Position numbers and translations under genes: made by a program. The notes beneath the pieces were generated by a model. The model was not told the DNA's origin. It saw only the letters and a list, made by a program, of their open reading frames with translations, and did not search any database. Positions 9,745 through 18,853 of a stretch of DNA of 32,000 nt are shown in pieces. The DNA is from Idiomarina loihiensis L2TR (GTDB lineage: Bacteria; Pseudomonadota; Gammaproteobacteria; Enterobacterales; Alteromonadaceae): positions 1,080,001 through 1,112,000 of the forward strand of contig NC_006512.1 of the NCBI RefSeq assembly GCF_000008465.1. Direction: 5' to 3'. The number at the start of each line of letters is the position of its first letter. Position 1 is the stretch's first letter.

Positions 9745-10761
9745 TTACCAGTAATCACGAATTAAAGTTTCTGCAATTTGTATGCTGTTGGTTGCCGCAC
9801 CTTTGCGTATGTTGTCCGATACAACCCACAGGTTAAGTCCGTTAGGGTGGCTGATATCTTCCCGTACCCGCCCTACAAAGACATCGTCATTGCCAGCGGC
9901 ATTTCCCACTTGAGTCGGAAACTCCTCGCGCTGCTCCATTAAAGTAACACCTGGGGCTTCACTTAACAGCTGTTTTGCATGCTCGGCCGTAATTGGCTGT
10001 CGCGTTTCAATGTGAATGGCTTCTGCGTGTCCGAAAAATACAGGAACCCTTACCGCCGTGGGATTCACCCGAATACTGGGGTCATTAAATATCTTTTGGG
10101 TTTCCCACACCATTTTCATTTCTTCTTTGGTGTAATCATTCTCCTGAAAAACGTCTATTTGAGGAATGCAGTTGAAAGCAATTTGTCGACTGAAGTTCGC
10201 TACCGTCGGCTGCTTACCGTTTAAAAGTTCTGCTGTCTGCTTTGCCAGCTCTTCCATCGCTTCTTTACCAGCGCCAGATACCGACTGATAAGTACTGACA
10301 TTTATGCGCTCAATGCCGACGGCATCATGAATAGGCTTCAGTGCGACCATCATTTGAATGGTCGAGCAATTTGGATTAGCAATAATATTGCGGTTTCTAA
10401 AATCGGCTAGCGCCCAGGCATTAACCTCCGGCACCACCAAAGGAATATCCGGCTCATAGCGATATTCAGATGTGTTATCAATAACCACACAGCCTGCTTC
10501 AGCAGCTTTGGGGGCGAACTCGCGTGAAATTGAACCGCCCGCTGAAAAGAACGCGATATCAGCATTAGACCAGTCGAACTCACCAGCATCTAACACTTCT
10601 ATTTCTTCGCCATTAAAATTAACTGTTGCGCCAGCAGAGCGGGCACTAGCTAAAGGGAAAAGTTCTGCCACCGGGAATTTTCGCTCAGCTAAAATTTCTA
10701 TCATTTGCTGGCCCACTAAACCTGTTGCACCTAATACGGCAACGCGAAACCCATGTGACAT
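9745..10761 (-). CDS. usg: USG-1 / aspartate-semialdehyde dehydrogenase family protein
   Basis: VAVLGATGLVGQ Rossmann motif. NRNIIANPNCSTIQMMVALKPI (active-site Cys) and VPVFFGHAEAIHIE (His). Near-colinear with E. coli Usg as I recall it. pdxB-usg-truA context. Confidence 0.88.
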   Translation of the reverse strand: MSHGFRVAVLGATGLVGQQMIEILAERKFPVAELFPLASARSAGATVNFNGEEIEVLDAGEFDWSNADIAFFSAGGSISREFAPKAAEAGCVVIDNTSEYRYEPDIPLVVPEVNAWALADFRNRNIIANPNCSTIQMMVALKPIHDAVGIERINVSTYQSVSGAGKEAMEELAKQTAELLNGKQPTVANFSRQIAFNCIPQIDVFQENDYTKEEMKMVWETQKIFNDPSIRVNPTAVRVPVFFGHAEAIHIETRQPITAEHAKQLLSEAPGVTLMEQREEFPTQVGNAAGNDDVFVGRVREDISHPNGLNLWVVSDNIRKGAATNSIQIAETLIRDYW

Positions 10762-10770
10762 GCTAACTCC

Positions 10771-11916
10771 TTACTTAGACAATAGCCGGGCACTAAAGCC
10801 CAACTGTAAAAACTGGATATATTGCTCGCTATTATGGCATGTAACGACCTGATTAATGAACTCTCTGCGCGGGCTTTCTTTGCGATAATTGCGTCGTAAA
10901 CTATCAAAACCTTCGGTAGTGAGACCCTGTTGTCGGAAAAGTTCATCGTCCCGGAACAAGTCGTAGTGTTCTTTTGCCCACAAATTAAGACTTTCCAGTG
11001 AATTCAACCCACCGGCATCACGTTCATTCCAGGCCTTCCCCGGCAACACATCAGACAAAGTCTTATCGGCGGGCTTACCAAAGTGTTCCAGCAATGCATT
11101 TGAAATCATTACCGCCCCGCCGACTTTACCTTCCAGACTGTGTCCGGCAATGTGTGGAGTTGCGATATCAACATAAGGCACTAAGCCTGACAATACTTCG
11201 GGCTCATTCTCCCATACATCCAGCACCAGCGATGGCCGCTCCCCCTGCTCTACACGCTCCAGTAAGGCATTATTGTCGATAACCGCACCCCGGCTGGCAT
11301 TAATTAGTAACTGCTGCGAATGCAGTGACTGCAATGCCGTATTTTCAAACAAATGCTGAGTTGGGAAATCGCCGTCCCGCGTCAAAGGGACATGGCAGGA
11401 GATAATATCGGCCGTTAGTACACGCTGCCAATGGTCATGCACAAACTTAACGCCTTTTTTACACAAGGGCGGATCATAATAATGAACATTGAGTCCCAGA
11501 GCTTCCAGCCTCTTTCCGGCGGCTTTTCCCGTATGCCCGGCACCAACAATGGCAACATCGATTTCGTCAGCTACATACCGGGGTTGGTCACTTAACCAAT
11601 TGAGCACGGCGCACAAAACATACTCACCAACTGACTGCGCATTCGCCCCCGGCGCGTGTGCAAAGCCAATGCCTCGCTCTTCTAGAGCCTGAAGATTGAT
11701 ATGCTCAGTGCCAATGGTTGCGGACGCAACAAACTTAAGTTCGGGAGCTTGTTCTAAAAGTACTTCATCAACTTGAGTCACAGAACGCACGAGTAAAGCA
11801 TCAGCTTCTGCCAACAGTTTCTGCGGAGGGATTCGTTCAGAAAAGTAGGAAAGTGTTCCCGCACCCGACAATAAGTCGGAAAGTGCGGGAATATTCTGAT
11901 CGGCAACGATTTTCAT
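10771..11916 (-). CDS. pdxB: erythronate-4-phosphate dehydrogenase
   Basis: MKIVADQNIP...ADALLVRSVTQV...GIGFAHAPGANAQSVGEYV parallels E. coli PdxB. NAD motif VAIVGAGHTGK. 381 aa. 9 nt upstream of usg. Confidence 0.93.
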   Translation of the reverse strand: MKIVADQNIPALSDLLSGAGTLSYFSERIPPQKLLAEADALLVRSVTQVDEVLLEQAPELKFVASATIGTEHINLQALEERGIGFAHAPGANAQSVGEYVLCAVLNWLSDQPRYVADEIDVAIVGAGHTGKAAGKRLEALGLNVHYYDPPLCKKGVKFVHDHWQRVLTADIISCHVPLTRDGDFPTQHLFENTALQSLHSQQLLINASRGAVIDNNALLERVEQGERPSLVLDVWENEPEVLSGLVPYVDIATPHIAGHSLEGKVGGAVMISNALLEHFGKPADKTLSDVLPGKAWNERDAGGLNSLESLNLWAKEHYDLFRDDELFRQQGLTTEGFDSLRRNYRKESPRREFINQVVTCHNSEQYIQFLQLGFSARLLSK

Positions 11917-11937
11917 CGAAATAACCGATCTAGTCGA

Positions 11938-13152
11938 TTATTCAGAGTATTGGCGCATCACTAACGATGCGTTTGTACCACCGAAGCCAAAGCTATTAGA
12001 CATAACCGTTCTAAGTGGTGCTTCAGTCGTCTGCTGAATAATGTTCATGCCGTCGGCTTTTTCATCCAACGCTTCAATATTGATTGAAGGTGTAACAAAA
12101 CCATTCTTAAGCATAAGCAGAGAGTAAATAGCTTCGTGCACACCAGCTGCGCCCAGAGCATGGCCTGTCATTGCTTTAGTAGCACTAATCATCGGCGTTT
12201 TCTCTGGGAAAACTTCACGAATAGCTTCTAACTCTTTAACGTCACCAACCGGTGTGCTGGTACCGTGAGTATTCAGATAGTCGATTGGAGTATCCACCGT
12301 TTCCATTGCCATTTTCATGCAACGAACGGCGCCTTCACCCGACGGAGCTACCATATCGTAACCGTCTGAAGTCGCACCGTAACCAACAATTTCACCGTAA
12401 ATTTTGGCGCCACGAGCTTTTGCCGCTTCCAGTTCTTCAATAACCAGAATACCGCCACCACCAGCAGGTACAAAACCGTCTCGCCCCTGGTCGTAGGTAC
12501 GTGAAGCTTTTTCAGGCGTATCATTGTACTTAGTACTTAATGCGCCCATAGCATCAAATTCCATGCCCAGGGTCCAGTGCAGTTCTTCACCACCGCCGGC
12601 AAATACTCGGTCTTGTTTACCGAACTGAATTAATTCCAGCGCATGACCGATACAGTGCGCAGAGGTTGCACAAGCAGAACTAATTGAATAGTTAACACCT
12701 TTAATTTTAAAAGGTGTTGCCAGGCAAGCTGAAGTCGTTGACGCCATGCAACGAGGTACCATGTATGGGCCAACTTTTTTCACGCCACGTTCACGCAAAA
12801 TATCAGCTGCTGCAACCTGATGTTCACCAGAAGCGCCACCGGAACCAACAACTAACCCCGTACGCGGGTGAGAAACTTGCTCTTCGGTTAAGCCTGAATC
12901 CTCGATAGCCTGAGCCATTGCGATATAGGCATAAGCCGCCGAATCGCCCATGAAACGCAACGCTTTGCGGTCAATATGGTCTTTAGGATCTAACTTAACT
13001 TCGCCCCATACCTGACAACGCAAGCCCATTTCAGCAAAAGATTCTGAACGGGTAATACCCGATTTGCCGGTACGTAATGATTCCAGCACTTCTTCTTGAT
13101 TGTTCCCGATACTTGATACAATACCAAGTCCGGTGATAACAGCTCTTCTCAT
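11938..13152 (-). CDS. fabB: 3-oxoacyl-ACP synthase I (KAS I)
   Basis: From [22 protein letters not shown] to [16 protein letters not shown] it is nearly colinear with E. coli FabB, including [16 protein letters not shown] (active Cys) and [13 protein letters not shown] lies 8 nt before the ATG at 13152. The ORF-track extension to 13266 has no FabB counterpart. Confidence 0.95.
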   Translation of the reverse strand: MRRAVITGLGIVSSIGNNQEEVLESLRTGKSGITRSESFAEMGLRCQVWGEVKLDPKDHIDRKALRFMGDSAAYAYIAMAQAIEDSGLTEEQVSHPRTGLVVGSGGASGEHQVAAADILRERGVKKVGPYMVPRCMASTTSACLATPFKIKGVNYSISSACATSAHCIGHALELIQFGKQDRVFAGGGEELHWTLGMEFDAMGALSTKYNDTPEKASRTYDQGRDGFVPAGGGGILVIEELEAAKARGAKIYGEIVGYGATSDGYDMVAPSGEGAVRCMKMAMETVDTPIDYLNTHGTSTPVGDVKELEAIREVFPEKTPMISATKAMTGHALGAAGVHEAIYSLLMLKNGFVTPSINIEALDEKADGMNIIQQTTEAPLRTVMSNSFGFGGTNASLVMRQYSE

Positions 13153-13245
13153 TCTATAATCCTGTCTGACATTGCTACGTCGATATCTTACCAACGTCGT
13201 GTGTGAATGTGGTCTGCTTTGTCCACTGTTGTTCGTAAAGTTGTT

Positions 13246-13251
13246 ATTATA
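13246..13251 (-). promoter_or_regulatory. candidate fabB -10 hexamer
   Basis: Minus-strand TATAAT (reverse complement of ATTATA at 13246..13251), 94 nt upstream of the fabB ATG. The -35 is only weak (ATGATT at 13274..13269). Confidence 0.3.
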
Positions 13252-13285
13252 GCGGTCATCAACCAATAAATCATGGGATAGCCGC

Positions 13286-15106
13286 TTGAATTCTAATTCA
13301 TCTGTTCAGTTTAACGAGCAAGGCGTACCCGTTTCCACTACTTTCGATGATATTTATTTTTCTGTCGAAAGCGGTGTTGACGAAAGTCAGTACGTATTTC
13401 TGGCGCAAAACGGATTACCCCGTCGCTGGCTGTCACTACCGGCTCATTATAGCTTTACCATAGCCGAAACCGGGTTTGGTACAGGTTTGAACTTTCTTCT
13501 GACCTGGAAACGTTTTTTAGAGCAGGCACCTGCCAATACACGTCTCCATTTTGTCAGTTTTGAAAAGTTCCCTTTATCGCGCCAGCAACTTGAACAAGCA
13601 TACCAATTACTAGAACCAATAGCGGAATTCAGTCAGTCATTCCTGGAGCATTACCCGGCAACCGATCCCGGCTGTCATCGCATCATACTATCACAGGGCC
13701 GGGTCATTCTGGATCTGTGGATAGGCGATCTCAATGAGCTACTGCCAGAATGGCTTCCACAGGCACAAAAGCAAATTGACGCCTGGTTTCTCGACGGCTT
13801 TGCTCCGGCGAAGAATCCAGAAATGTGGCAGCCAACACTTTTTGATGCCATGAAGCAAACCGCACATAGCGGAACAACCTTTGCTACCTTCACCGCTGCA
13901 GGCAGTGTCAAAAGAGCACTACAGCAAAACGGATTCGAGGTTCAAAAAGTAGCAGGCTTTGGTCGCAAACGAGACATGCTTTGTGGTCACTACCTTAGCG
14001 CCGAAGTTTGTCAGAAATATTACGATCGCCGCGATGTTACTATTATTGGCGGCGGCATTAGCGCGGCATGCTCTGCCCTTGCACTGAAGCATAGAGGCGT
14101 TAACGTCAGAGTCATTAGTGCAGGTAGCGCCGACGGCGCATCCGGAAATCCTCAAGGAGCCGTTTACCCTCTGTTACACGCCGAGTATACGCCGCTCAGT
14201 CGCTTTTATTGGCAGGCGTTTTCTACAGCCACCAGCTTCTACCGTAATTTTTGTGACGACCACTGGTTTCCCGTGGGGGTTATGCAGCCAGCATTTAACG
14301 ACGACAGAGCCCGGCGTTATCAACGTATAGCCGATGAACTGTATGCGCCAGACACGGTACGCTATTTATCTCAGCCGGAAGCAGAACAAGAAGCCGGGGT
14401 TTCGCTGGCGGTTCCGGCGCTGCTTTACCCTAAAGCCGGATGGTTACGACCGGCGGCTGTGGTCAAAAGCCTTTTAGAAACAGCACAAATTGAGCTTATT
14501 GAAGGCGAAGCTAAGGCTTTGGAGAAAACTGAAAGTGGCAGTTGGCAGATATCACTAAAGGACGGAAGTTTGCTGGCCGCTGAGCGAGTTCTTATTGCCA
14601 CCGGTCATCACATCAATGGGTTATTGCCGGAAAGCGTTAACCCCCTGCCAATACAACCAGTTCGCGGACAAGTCAGTCTGGTTCAAACAACACCGTTATT
14701 ATCTTCACTAAAAACGGTTTTATGCTTTAAAGGGTATTTAGTTCCGGAAGATGGCAACCATCACTGTGTTGGCGCAAGCTTTAATCGCGACAGAGAGGAT
14801 TTAGAACCAACCCCCGAAGATGACGAAGAAAACCTGAAACAACTCGCTGAAAACGCGAAGCAGCCATGGGCTGAATCTCTGCAGTTAACATCCCAAAGAG
14901 TCTCGGTACGGGCGACCAGCCCCGATCACCAGCCTGTTACCGGAGCGGTTGCCGAAAACTTATATGTCATTACAGCGCTGGGGTCTCGGGGCTTCACTTC
15001 TGCCCCTATTCTGGCAGAAGTGATTGCCTGTCAGTTAACCGGAGAGTTAACGCCGTTAACTCAAGATGCTTTACGCCGCATCTCCGTTAGTCGCTTTAAG
15101 GGCTAA
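13286..15106 (+). CDS. mnmC: bifunctional tRNA 5-methylaminomethyl-2-thiouridine biosynthesis protein MnmC (methyltransferase + FAD oxidoreductase)
   Basis: N-terminus [14 protein letters not shown] and [17 protein letters not shown] (methyltransferase domain). [20 protein letters not shown] motif in the C-terminal half. Divergent from fabB, as in E. coli. The only available start is TTG at 13286, so start confidence is moderate. Confidence 0.9.
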   Translation: MNSNSSVQFNEQGVPVSTTFDDIYFSVESGVDESQYVFLAQNGLPRRWLSLPAHYSFTIAETGFGTGLNFLLTWKRFLEQAPANTRLHFVSFEKFPLSRQQLEQAYQLLEPIAEFSQSFLEHYPATDPGCHRIILSQGRVILDLWIGDLNELLPEWLPQAQKQIDAWFLDGFAPAKNPEMWQPTLFDAMKQTAHSGTTFATFTAAGSVKRALQQNGFEVQKVAGFGRKRDMLCGHYLSAEVCQKYYDRRDVTIIGGGISAACSALALKHRGVNVRVISAGSADGASGNPQGAVYPLLHAEYTPLSRFYWQAFSTATSFYRNFCDDHWFPVGVMQPAFNDDRARRYQRIADELYAPDTVRYLSQPEAEQEAGVSLAVPALLYPKAGWLRPAAVVKSLLETAQIELIEGEAKALEKTESGSWQISLKDGSLLAAERVLIATGHHINGLLPESVNPLPIQPVRGQVSLVQTTPLLSSLKTVLCFKGYLVPEDGNHHCVGASFNRDREDLEPTPEDDEENLKQLAENAKQPWAESLQLTSQRVSVRATSPDHQPVTGAVAENLYVITALGSRGFTSAPILAEVIACQLTGELTPLTQDALRRISVSRFKG

Positions 15107-15367
15107 CTTATCCAATACATTGTTAATGTGAGTCTGGTCAGCCGGAGACAACTCATGCCGCGTTTTGTGAACTGCCTCACGCAAAGCCGGCATAATTCTC
15201 TCCGGTTGAGTCTCACCAGCCATTTCCAGTTGCGCAACGACTAAGTCGAAATGCCCGCGCAAATAACCGCAGGCAAATAGCTCGTCATCTGTGCCGGAAA
15301 CCACCGCATCATCGAATACGGTTTCAAGTCGTTCCACTAATTGATCAAAGTCCGTACGAGTTCCCAT
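15071..15367 (-). CDS. yfcL: YfcL family protein (function unknown)
   Basis: DDELFACGYLRGHFDLVVAQLE matches the E. coli YfcL core (DDELFASGYLRGH). Conserved location convergent with mnmC. ATG at 15367 preferred over the upstream TTG at 15391. The 3' end overlaps the mnmC 3' end by 36 nt. Confidence 0.8.
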   Translation of the reverse strand: MGTRTDFDQLVERLETVFDDAVVSGTDDELFACGYLRGHFDLVVAQLEMAGETQPERIMPALREAVHKTRHELSPADQTHINNVLDKLALKATNGDAA

Positions 15368-15415
15368 CTGCAGTTTCCCGTTGAAAAACAAAGGCGCTCA
15401 TTCTAACGGTCTTTT

Positions 15416-15424
15416 TGTTACAAT
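15416..15424 (+). promoter_or_regulatory. candidate extended -10 promoter for fldB
   Basis: TGTTACAAT fits the extended -10 pattern TGnTAnAAT, 43 nt upstream of the fldB ATG. No good -35. Confidence 0.3.
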
Positions 15425-15466
15425 GCATCCGCATCAAAGACTCAACCTATGACAGAGGTAGTTATT

Positions 15467-15994
15467 ATGTCCCTGGAAATTGGCTTGTTTTACGGCTCTA
15501 CCACTTGCTATACCGAAATTGCTGCAGAAAAAATTCAGCAAGCCATTGGCGAGGACATTGTTCAGCTGTTTGATATAAAAAATACCCCGCTAAAAGAAGC
15601 TGAGCAATTTGATATTCTTATTTTTGGTATTTCCACCTGGGATTTTGGCGAACTTCAGGAAGACTGGGAAAGCCATTGGGACGACATAAATGACGTGAAC
15701 CTGCGCGGTAAAGTTGTTGCGCTGTTTGGGATGGGTGATCAGGAAGGTTATACCGACTGGTTCCAGGACGCTCTGGGCATGCTGCACGATGCCATAGCCA
15801 ACCACGGCTGCAAGCGCATTGGTTTTTGGCCAAATCAGGGCTACGAATTTGCCGCCTCCAAAGCGTTAACCGCAGATAACACTCAGTTCGTCGGTTTATC
15901 ACTAGATGAAGACTCCCAATATGAGCTATCAGATGAACGTATTGAACAATGGACGACGCAAATTTTAGAAGAAATTGCCGAACAATTAGGATAA
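15467..15994 (+). CDS. fldB: long-chain flavodoxin
   Basis: IGLFYGSTTCYTEIAAEKI, ILIFGISTWDFGELQEDWE and FVGLSLDEDSQYELSDERIEQW parallel E. coli FldB. GAGG lies 8 nt before the ATG at 15467. Confidence 0.9.
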   Translation: MSLEIGLFYGSTTCYTEIAAEKIQQAIGEDIVQLFDIKNTPLKEAEQFDILIFGISTWDFGELQEDWESHWDDINDVNLRGKVVALFGMGDQEGYTDWFQDALGMLHDAIANHGCKRIGFWPNQGYEFAASKALTADNTQFVGLSLDEDSQYELSDERIEQWTTQILEEIAEQLG

Positions 15995-15999
15995 TAAAA

Positions 16000-18402
16000 A
16001 TGCAAAGCTTTCTTTCAAAAACCCTGCTGTTACTCGCTTTGTTGATGTCGGTAACGGCCCAGGCAAAAACCGAAGCTCCCGGCATTGACGAGTTCACTTC
16101 GTCATTTCAGGAGCACCCCGGATTTTTCACCTTTTACCACGATGAAGCTAGTGCAAAGTTTTATCTGGAAGTGCCGAGGCAAGGATCACAGTTTATTTTT
16201 CAAACCAGTCTTCCCTGGGGGTTAGGTTCTAATGATGTCGGGCTGGACCGCGGGCAACTGGGTGAAACTCGGTTAGCATCATTTCATGTTGAAGGAAATA
16301 AGGCGTTATTGGTTCAACACAATACCGAGTTTCGTGCACAAACGCGGAATCAGGCTGAACGCAGCAGTGTCGATCAAGCGTTTGCCGACGCCGTGCTTTA
16401 TGGTTTTGACGTTGTTGCGAGCAACGATGAACGTGTGTTAATCGACTACACCCCTTACTTGTTGAGCGATGTGCACGGTGTTAGTAAGCGCTTACAGCAA
16501 ACCGAGCAAGGACAATTTAAGGCCGATACAAGCCGCTCAGTCATTTACCCTGAACGTAGCAAAGCCTTTTCAGAAAATACGGAGCTAGAAGCGAAAGTCA
16601 CTTTTGTCGGTTACGGAAAAGGGCAGTGGATAAATCAGGTTGCGGCCAACGCCGATGCACTTTCTTTGCACCTGCACCACTCCTTTATAAAGCTACCTGA
16701 CGCCGGATACCAACCCCGGAAATTTCATCCAAACAGCGGTTTTTGGGCTCACAGCTTTAAAGACTACGCAGCACCTCTTGGCGAATCGATGACAGTGCAA
16801 TATATCCCGCGTCACCGGTTGAATAAGAAAGACCCTATTGCCTCACAAAGTGAAGCGCGTGAACCTATTGTTTATTATCTTGACCCAGGTGCACCGGAAC
16901 CTGTCAAAACGGCACTGCTTGAAGGTGCCCGCTGGTGGGCTCAGGGCTTTGAAGCCTTAGGTTTCGAGAATGCTTTTCAGGTAAAAGTTCTGCCCGACGG
17001 TGCTGACCCTATGGATGTGCGCTACAACGTTATTCAGTGGGTTCACCGGGCAACCCGTGGCTGGTCTTACGGCTCGTCGGTAATAGACCCTCGTACCGGC
17101 GAAATCATTAAAGGTCATGTCACCCTGGGGTCGCTGCGTGTTCGCCAGGATATGAAAATAGCCGAAGGCTTGTTGACGCCTTTTATCGAAGACCGCAATG
17201 AACTTAAAAGCGCGGTAAAAAATATGGCTCTGGCTCGTATTCGCCAATTAAGTGCACACGAAATAGGCCATACCTTAGGAATAGCTCATAACTTTGCTGC
17301 CAGCGCGTCAGACAGAGCTTCCGTTATGGACTACCCTCACCCGCTGGTAAACCTGACAACAGATGGCGGTTTAAGCCTAAGCAACGCTTATACAGAAGGT
17401 TTAGGAGTATGGGATAAGCAAGTTCTGGCTTATGGGTACAGTGACTTTGGCGGTATGCCATCGTCTGACGAGCAACTCGCCCGTATTCTGGATGAAAATA
17501 AAACGCTCAATCTCAGCTTCATTTCAGACAGAGATGCACGCCCTGCCGGTGGTGCTCACCCTCAGGCACATTTATGGGATAACGGCAGCGAACCTGTTAC
17601 CGAGCTTGAACGCCTGCTTTCAGTGCGCCAGCAAGTGCTGGATAACTTCAGCAAGGACATGCTGAACAGCGATCAGCCATTAAGCCAGTTACAATCGATC
17701 TTTGTGCCTATTTACTTGCTGCACCGGTACCAAACAGAAGCCGCAGTAAAATGGTTAGGCGGCGTTAACTACCATTACTATATGGCTGACGACTCTACGG
17801 ACGACTACCAGCCGGTAGGGGCCGCCAGACAACAAGCGGCTCTTAAACAGTTGTTAAAAACCATTCAGGCAGATACTTTGCGTGTGCCTTCACATATTAA
17901 ACAATGGCTGGTTCCGTCGGCTTACGGTGAAAGCTCATCGCGCGAGAACTTCAGTGGTAAAACAGGGCTAATACCCGATACCGTCAGCATGGCTGCCAGC
18001 GCCGCGGATCACAGTTTAAGTTTGATGTTAAACAGCCAGCGTCTGAACCGGTTAGCACAACAACACGCGGACAATGACCGAGTGCCTTCTCCGGCCGGAC
18101 TGATGACAGCTATTTTCAATACCGTTTTCAGCGACTGGGAAAACGCAAAAAAAGCCCCGGTTCAGCAGCGCTTGCTGGCAACAGCTATCAACGCCGAAGT
18201 AAGAGCGGTAAAAAATTCGGGACTGGCTGCAGAAACCCGGTTAGTTATGCGAGCTGAGCTTGCTGAACAACAACAGAAGCTTGCCAAGTCGGACTCACTA
18301 CTCGTAAAGCAATTGGCAAAAGATTTAGATAAATTCTTAAACGAAGGGGAATGGCCGGAACAATACGAACCCGAGCCGTTACCGCCGGGTTCGCCAATTT
18401 AA
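16000..18402 (+). CDS. secreted zinc-dependent metalloprotease (metzincin-like, DUF5117/DUF4953-type architecture)
   Basis: Signal peptide MQSFLSKTLLLLALLMSVTAQA|K. HEXXH site SAHEIGHTLGIAHNF followed by SVMDYP. About 800 aa, typical of this poorly characterised family. AGGA lies 8 nt before the ATG at 16000. Starts 5 nt after the fldB stop. Confidence 0.85.
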   Translation: MQSFLSKTLLLLALLMSVTAQAKTEAPGIDEFTSSFQEHPGFFTFYHDEASAKFYLEVPRQGSQFIFQTSLPWGLGSNDVGLDRGQLGETRLASFHVEGNKALLVQHNTEFRAQTRNQAERSSVDQAFADAVLYGFDVVASNDERVLIDYTPYLLSDVHGVSKRLQQTEQGQFKADTSRSVIYPERSKAFSENTELEAKVTFVGYGKGQWINQVAANADALSLHLHHSFIKLPDAGYQPRKFHPNSGFWAHSFKDYAAPLGESMTVQYIPRHRLNKKDPIASQSEAREPIVYYLDPGAPEPVKTALLEGARWWAQGFEALGFENAFQVKVLPDGADPMDVRYNVIQWVHRATRGWSYGSSVIDPRTGEIIKGHVTLGSLRVRQDMKIAEGLLTPFIEDRNELKSAVKNMALARIRQLSAHEIGHTLGIAHNFAASASDRASVMDYPHPLVNLTTDGGLSLSNAYTEGLGVWDKQVLAYGYSDFGGMPSSDEQLARILDENKTLNLSFISDRDARPAGGAHPQAHLWDNGSEPVTELERLLSVRQQVLDNFSKDMLNSDQPLSQLQSIFVPIYLLHRYQTEAAVKWLGGVNYHYYMADDSTDDYQPVGAARQQAALKQLLKTIQADTLRVPSHIKQWLVPSAYGESSSRENFSGKTGLIPDTVSMAASAADHSLSLMLNSQRLNRLAQQHADNDRVPSPAGLMTAIFNTVFSDWENAKKAPVQQRLLATAINAEVRAVKNSGLAAETRLVMRAELAEQQQKLAKSDSLLVKQLAKDLDKFLNEGEWPEQYEPEPLPPGSPI

Positions 18403-18411
18403 ATGAAAGAT

Positions 18412-18434
18412 CAGAGCCGCTTAAAGCGGCTCTG
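18412..18434. terminator. hairpin between the convergent metalloprotease and thioesterase genes
   Basis: 9-bp stem CAGAGCCGC / GCGGCTCTG with loop TTAAA. The loop contains the thioesterase stop codon. U-tracts are weak on both strands. Confidence 0.4.
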
Positions 18435-18813
18435 GAAAATCGTCTAACTGCTCTTTGGTTTTGCCATGAGGCGTTGGCTGACGAGTTTCCGGATCAATAT
18501 GTACGAAAACAATATCATCAGCTGAACAAATATTTTGCTTGGTGTGCTTATTGCGTACCAGACAAGTAATCGCTAACGACGTGCGTCCCACAGATTTCAC
18601 CTGCAGACCAAATTCAACAACATCGCCCTGAAACGCCGAAGTTTCAAAGGTAATAGCACCAATATGCTTAGTTACCAGGCTTTTTGCCCCTAACTGGCAA
18701 CTGGCAAAGATATAAGCTTCTTCGTCAATCCATTCTAAAATACGGCCACCAAATAACGACCCGGCAAAGTTCAAATCATTTGGCATAACCAGTCGGCGAG
18801 ATAAAAAGCGCAT
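18421..18813 (-). CDS. hotdog-fold acyl-CoA thioesterase (YciA-like)
   Basis: LVMPNDLNFAGSLFGGRILEWIDEEA resembles the YciA/Acot-type motif (MPxDxNxxGxxFGG). About 130 aa. AAGGAG lies 5 nt before the ATG at 18813, and the GTG at 18819 overlaps that SD. Confidence 0.85.
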   Translation of the reverse strand: MRFLSRRLVMPNDLNFAGSLFGGRILEWIDEEAYIFASCQLGAKSLVTKHIGAITFETSAFQGDVVEFGLQVKSVGRTSLAITCLVRNKHTKQNICSADDIVFVHIDPETRQPTPHGKTKEQLDDFPEPL

Positions 18814-18835
18814 AGTCACTCCTTGTTCATGGAAG

Positions 18836-18851
18836 ATATGTACATATTATA
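18836..18851 (-). promoter_or_regulatory. perfect 12-bp palindrome overlapping a TATAAT -10, upstream of the thioesterase gene
   Basis: ATATGTACATAT at 18836..18847. Minus-strand TATAAT at 18851..18846, 33 nt upstream of the thioesterase ATG. No convincing -35. Confidence 0.3.
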
Positions 18852-18853
18852 AC

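Noticed and set aside
13205-13228. FadR/FabR-like sequence (GTGGTCTGCTTTGTCCAC) upstream of fabB.
   Set aside because: It matches the FadR consensus CTGGTCCGACCTGT at only about 9/14 positions. It lies downstream of the best -10 candidate instead of around -40, so the evidence is insufficient.
13153-13266. 38-codon N-terminal extension of the fabB ORF ([13 protein letters not shown]...).
   Set aside because: It has no counterpart in FabB. A good SD (AGGA) precedes the internal ATG at 13152, which aligns with the E. coli FabB start. The extension runs through the promoter region.
15618-16097. 159-aa minus-strand ORF spanning the fldB/metalloprotease junction.
   Set aside because: It is fully antisense to two well-supported genes. 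It has no SD and no recognisable motifs.
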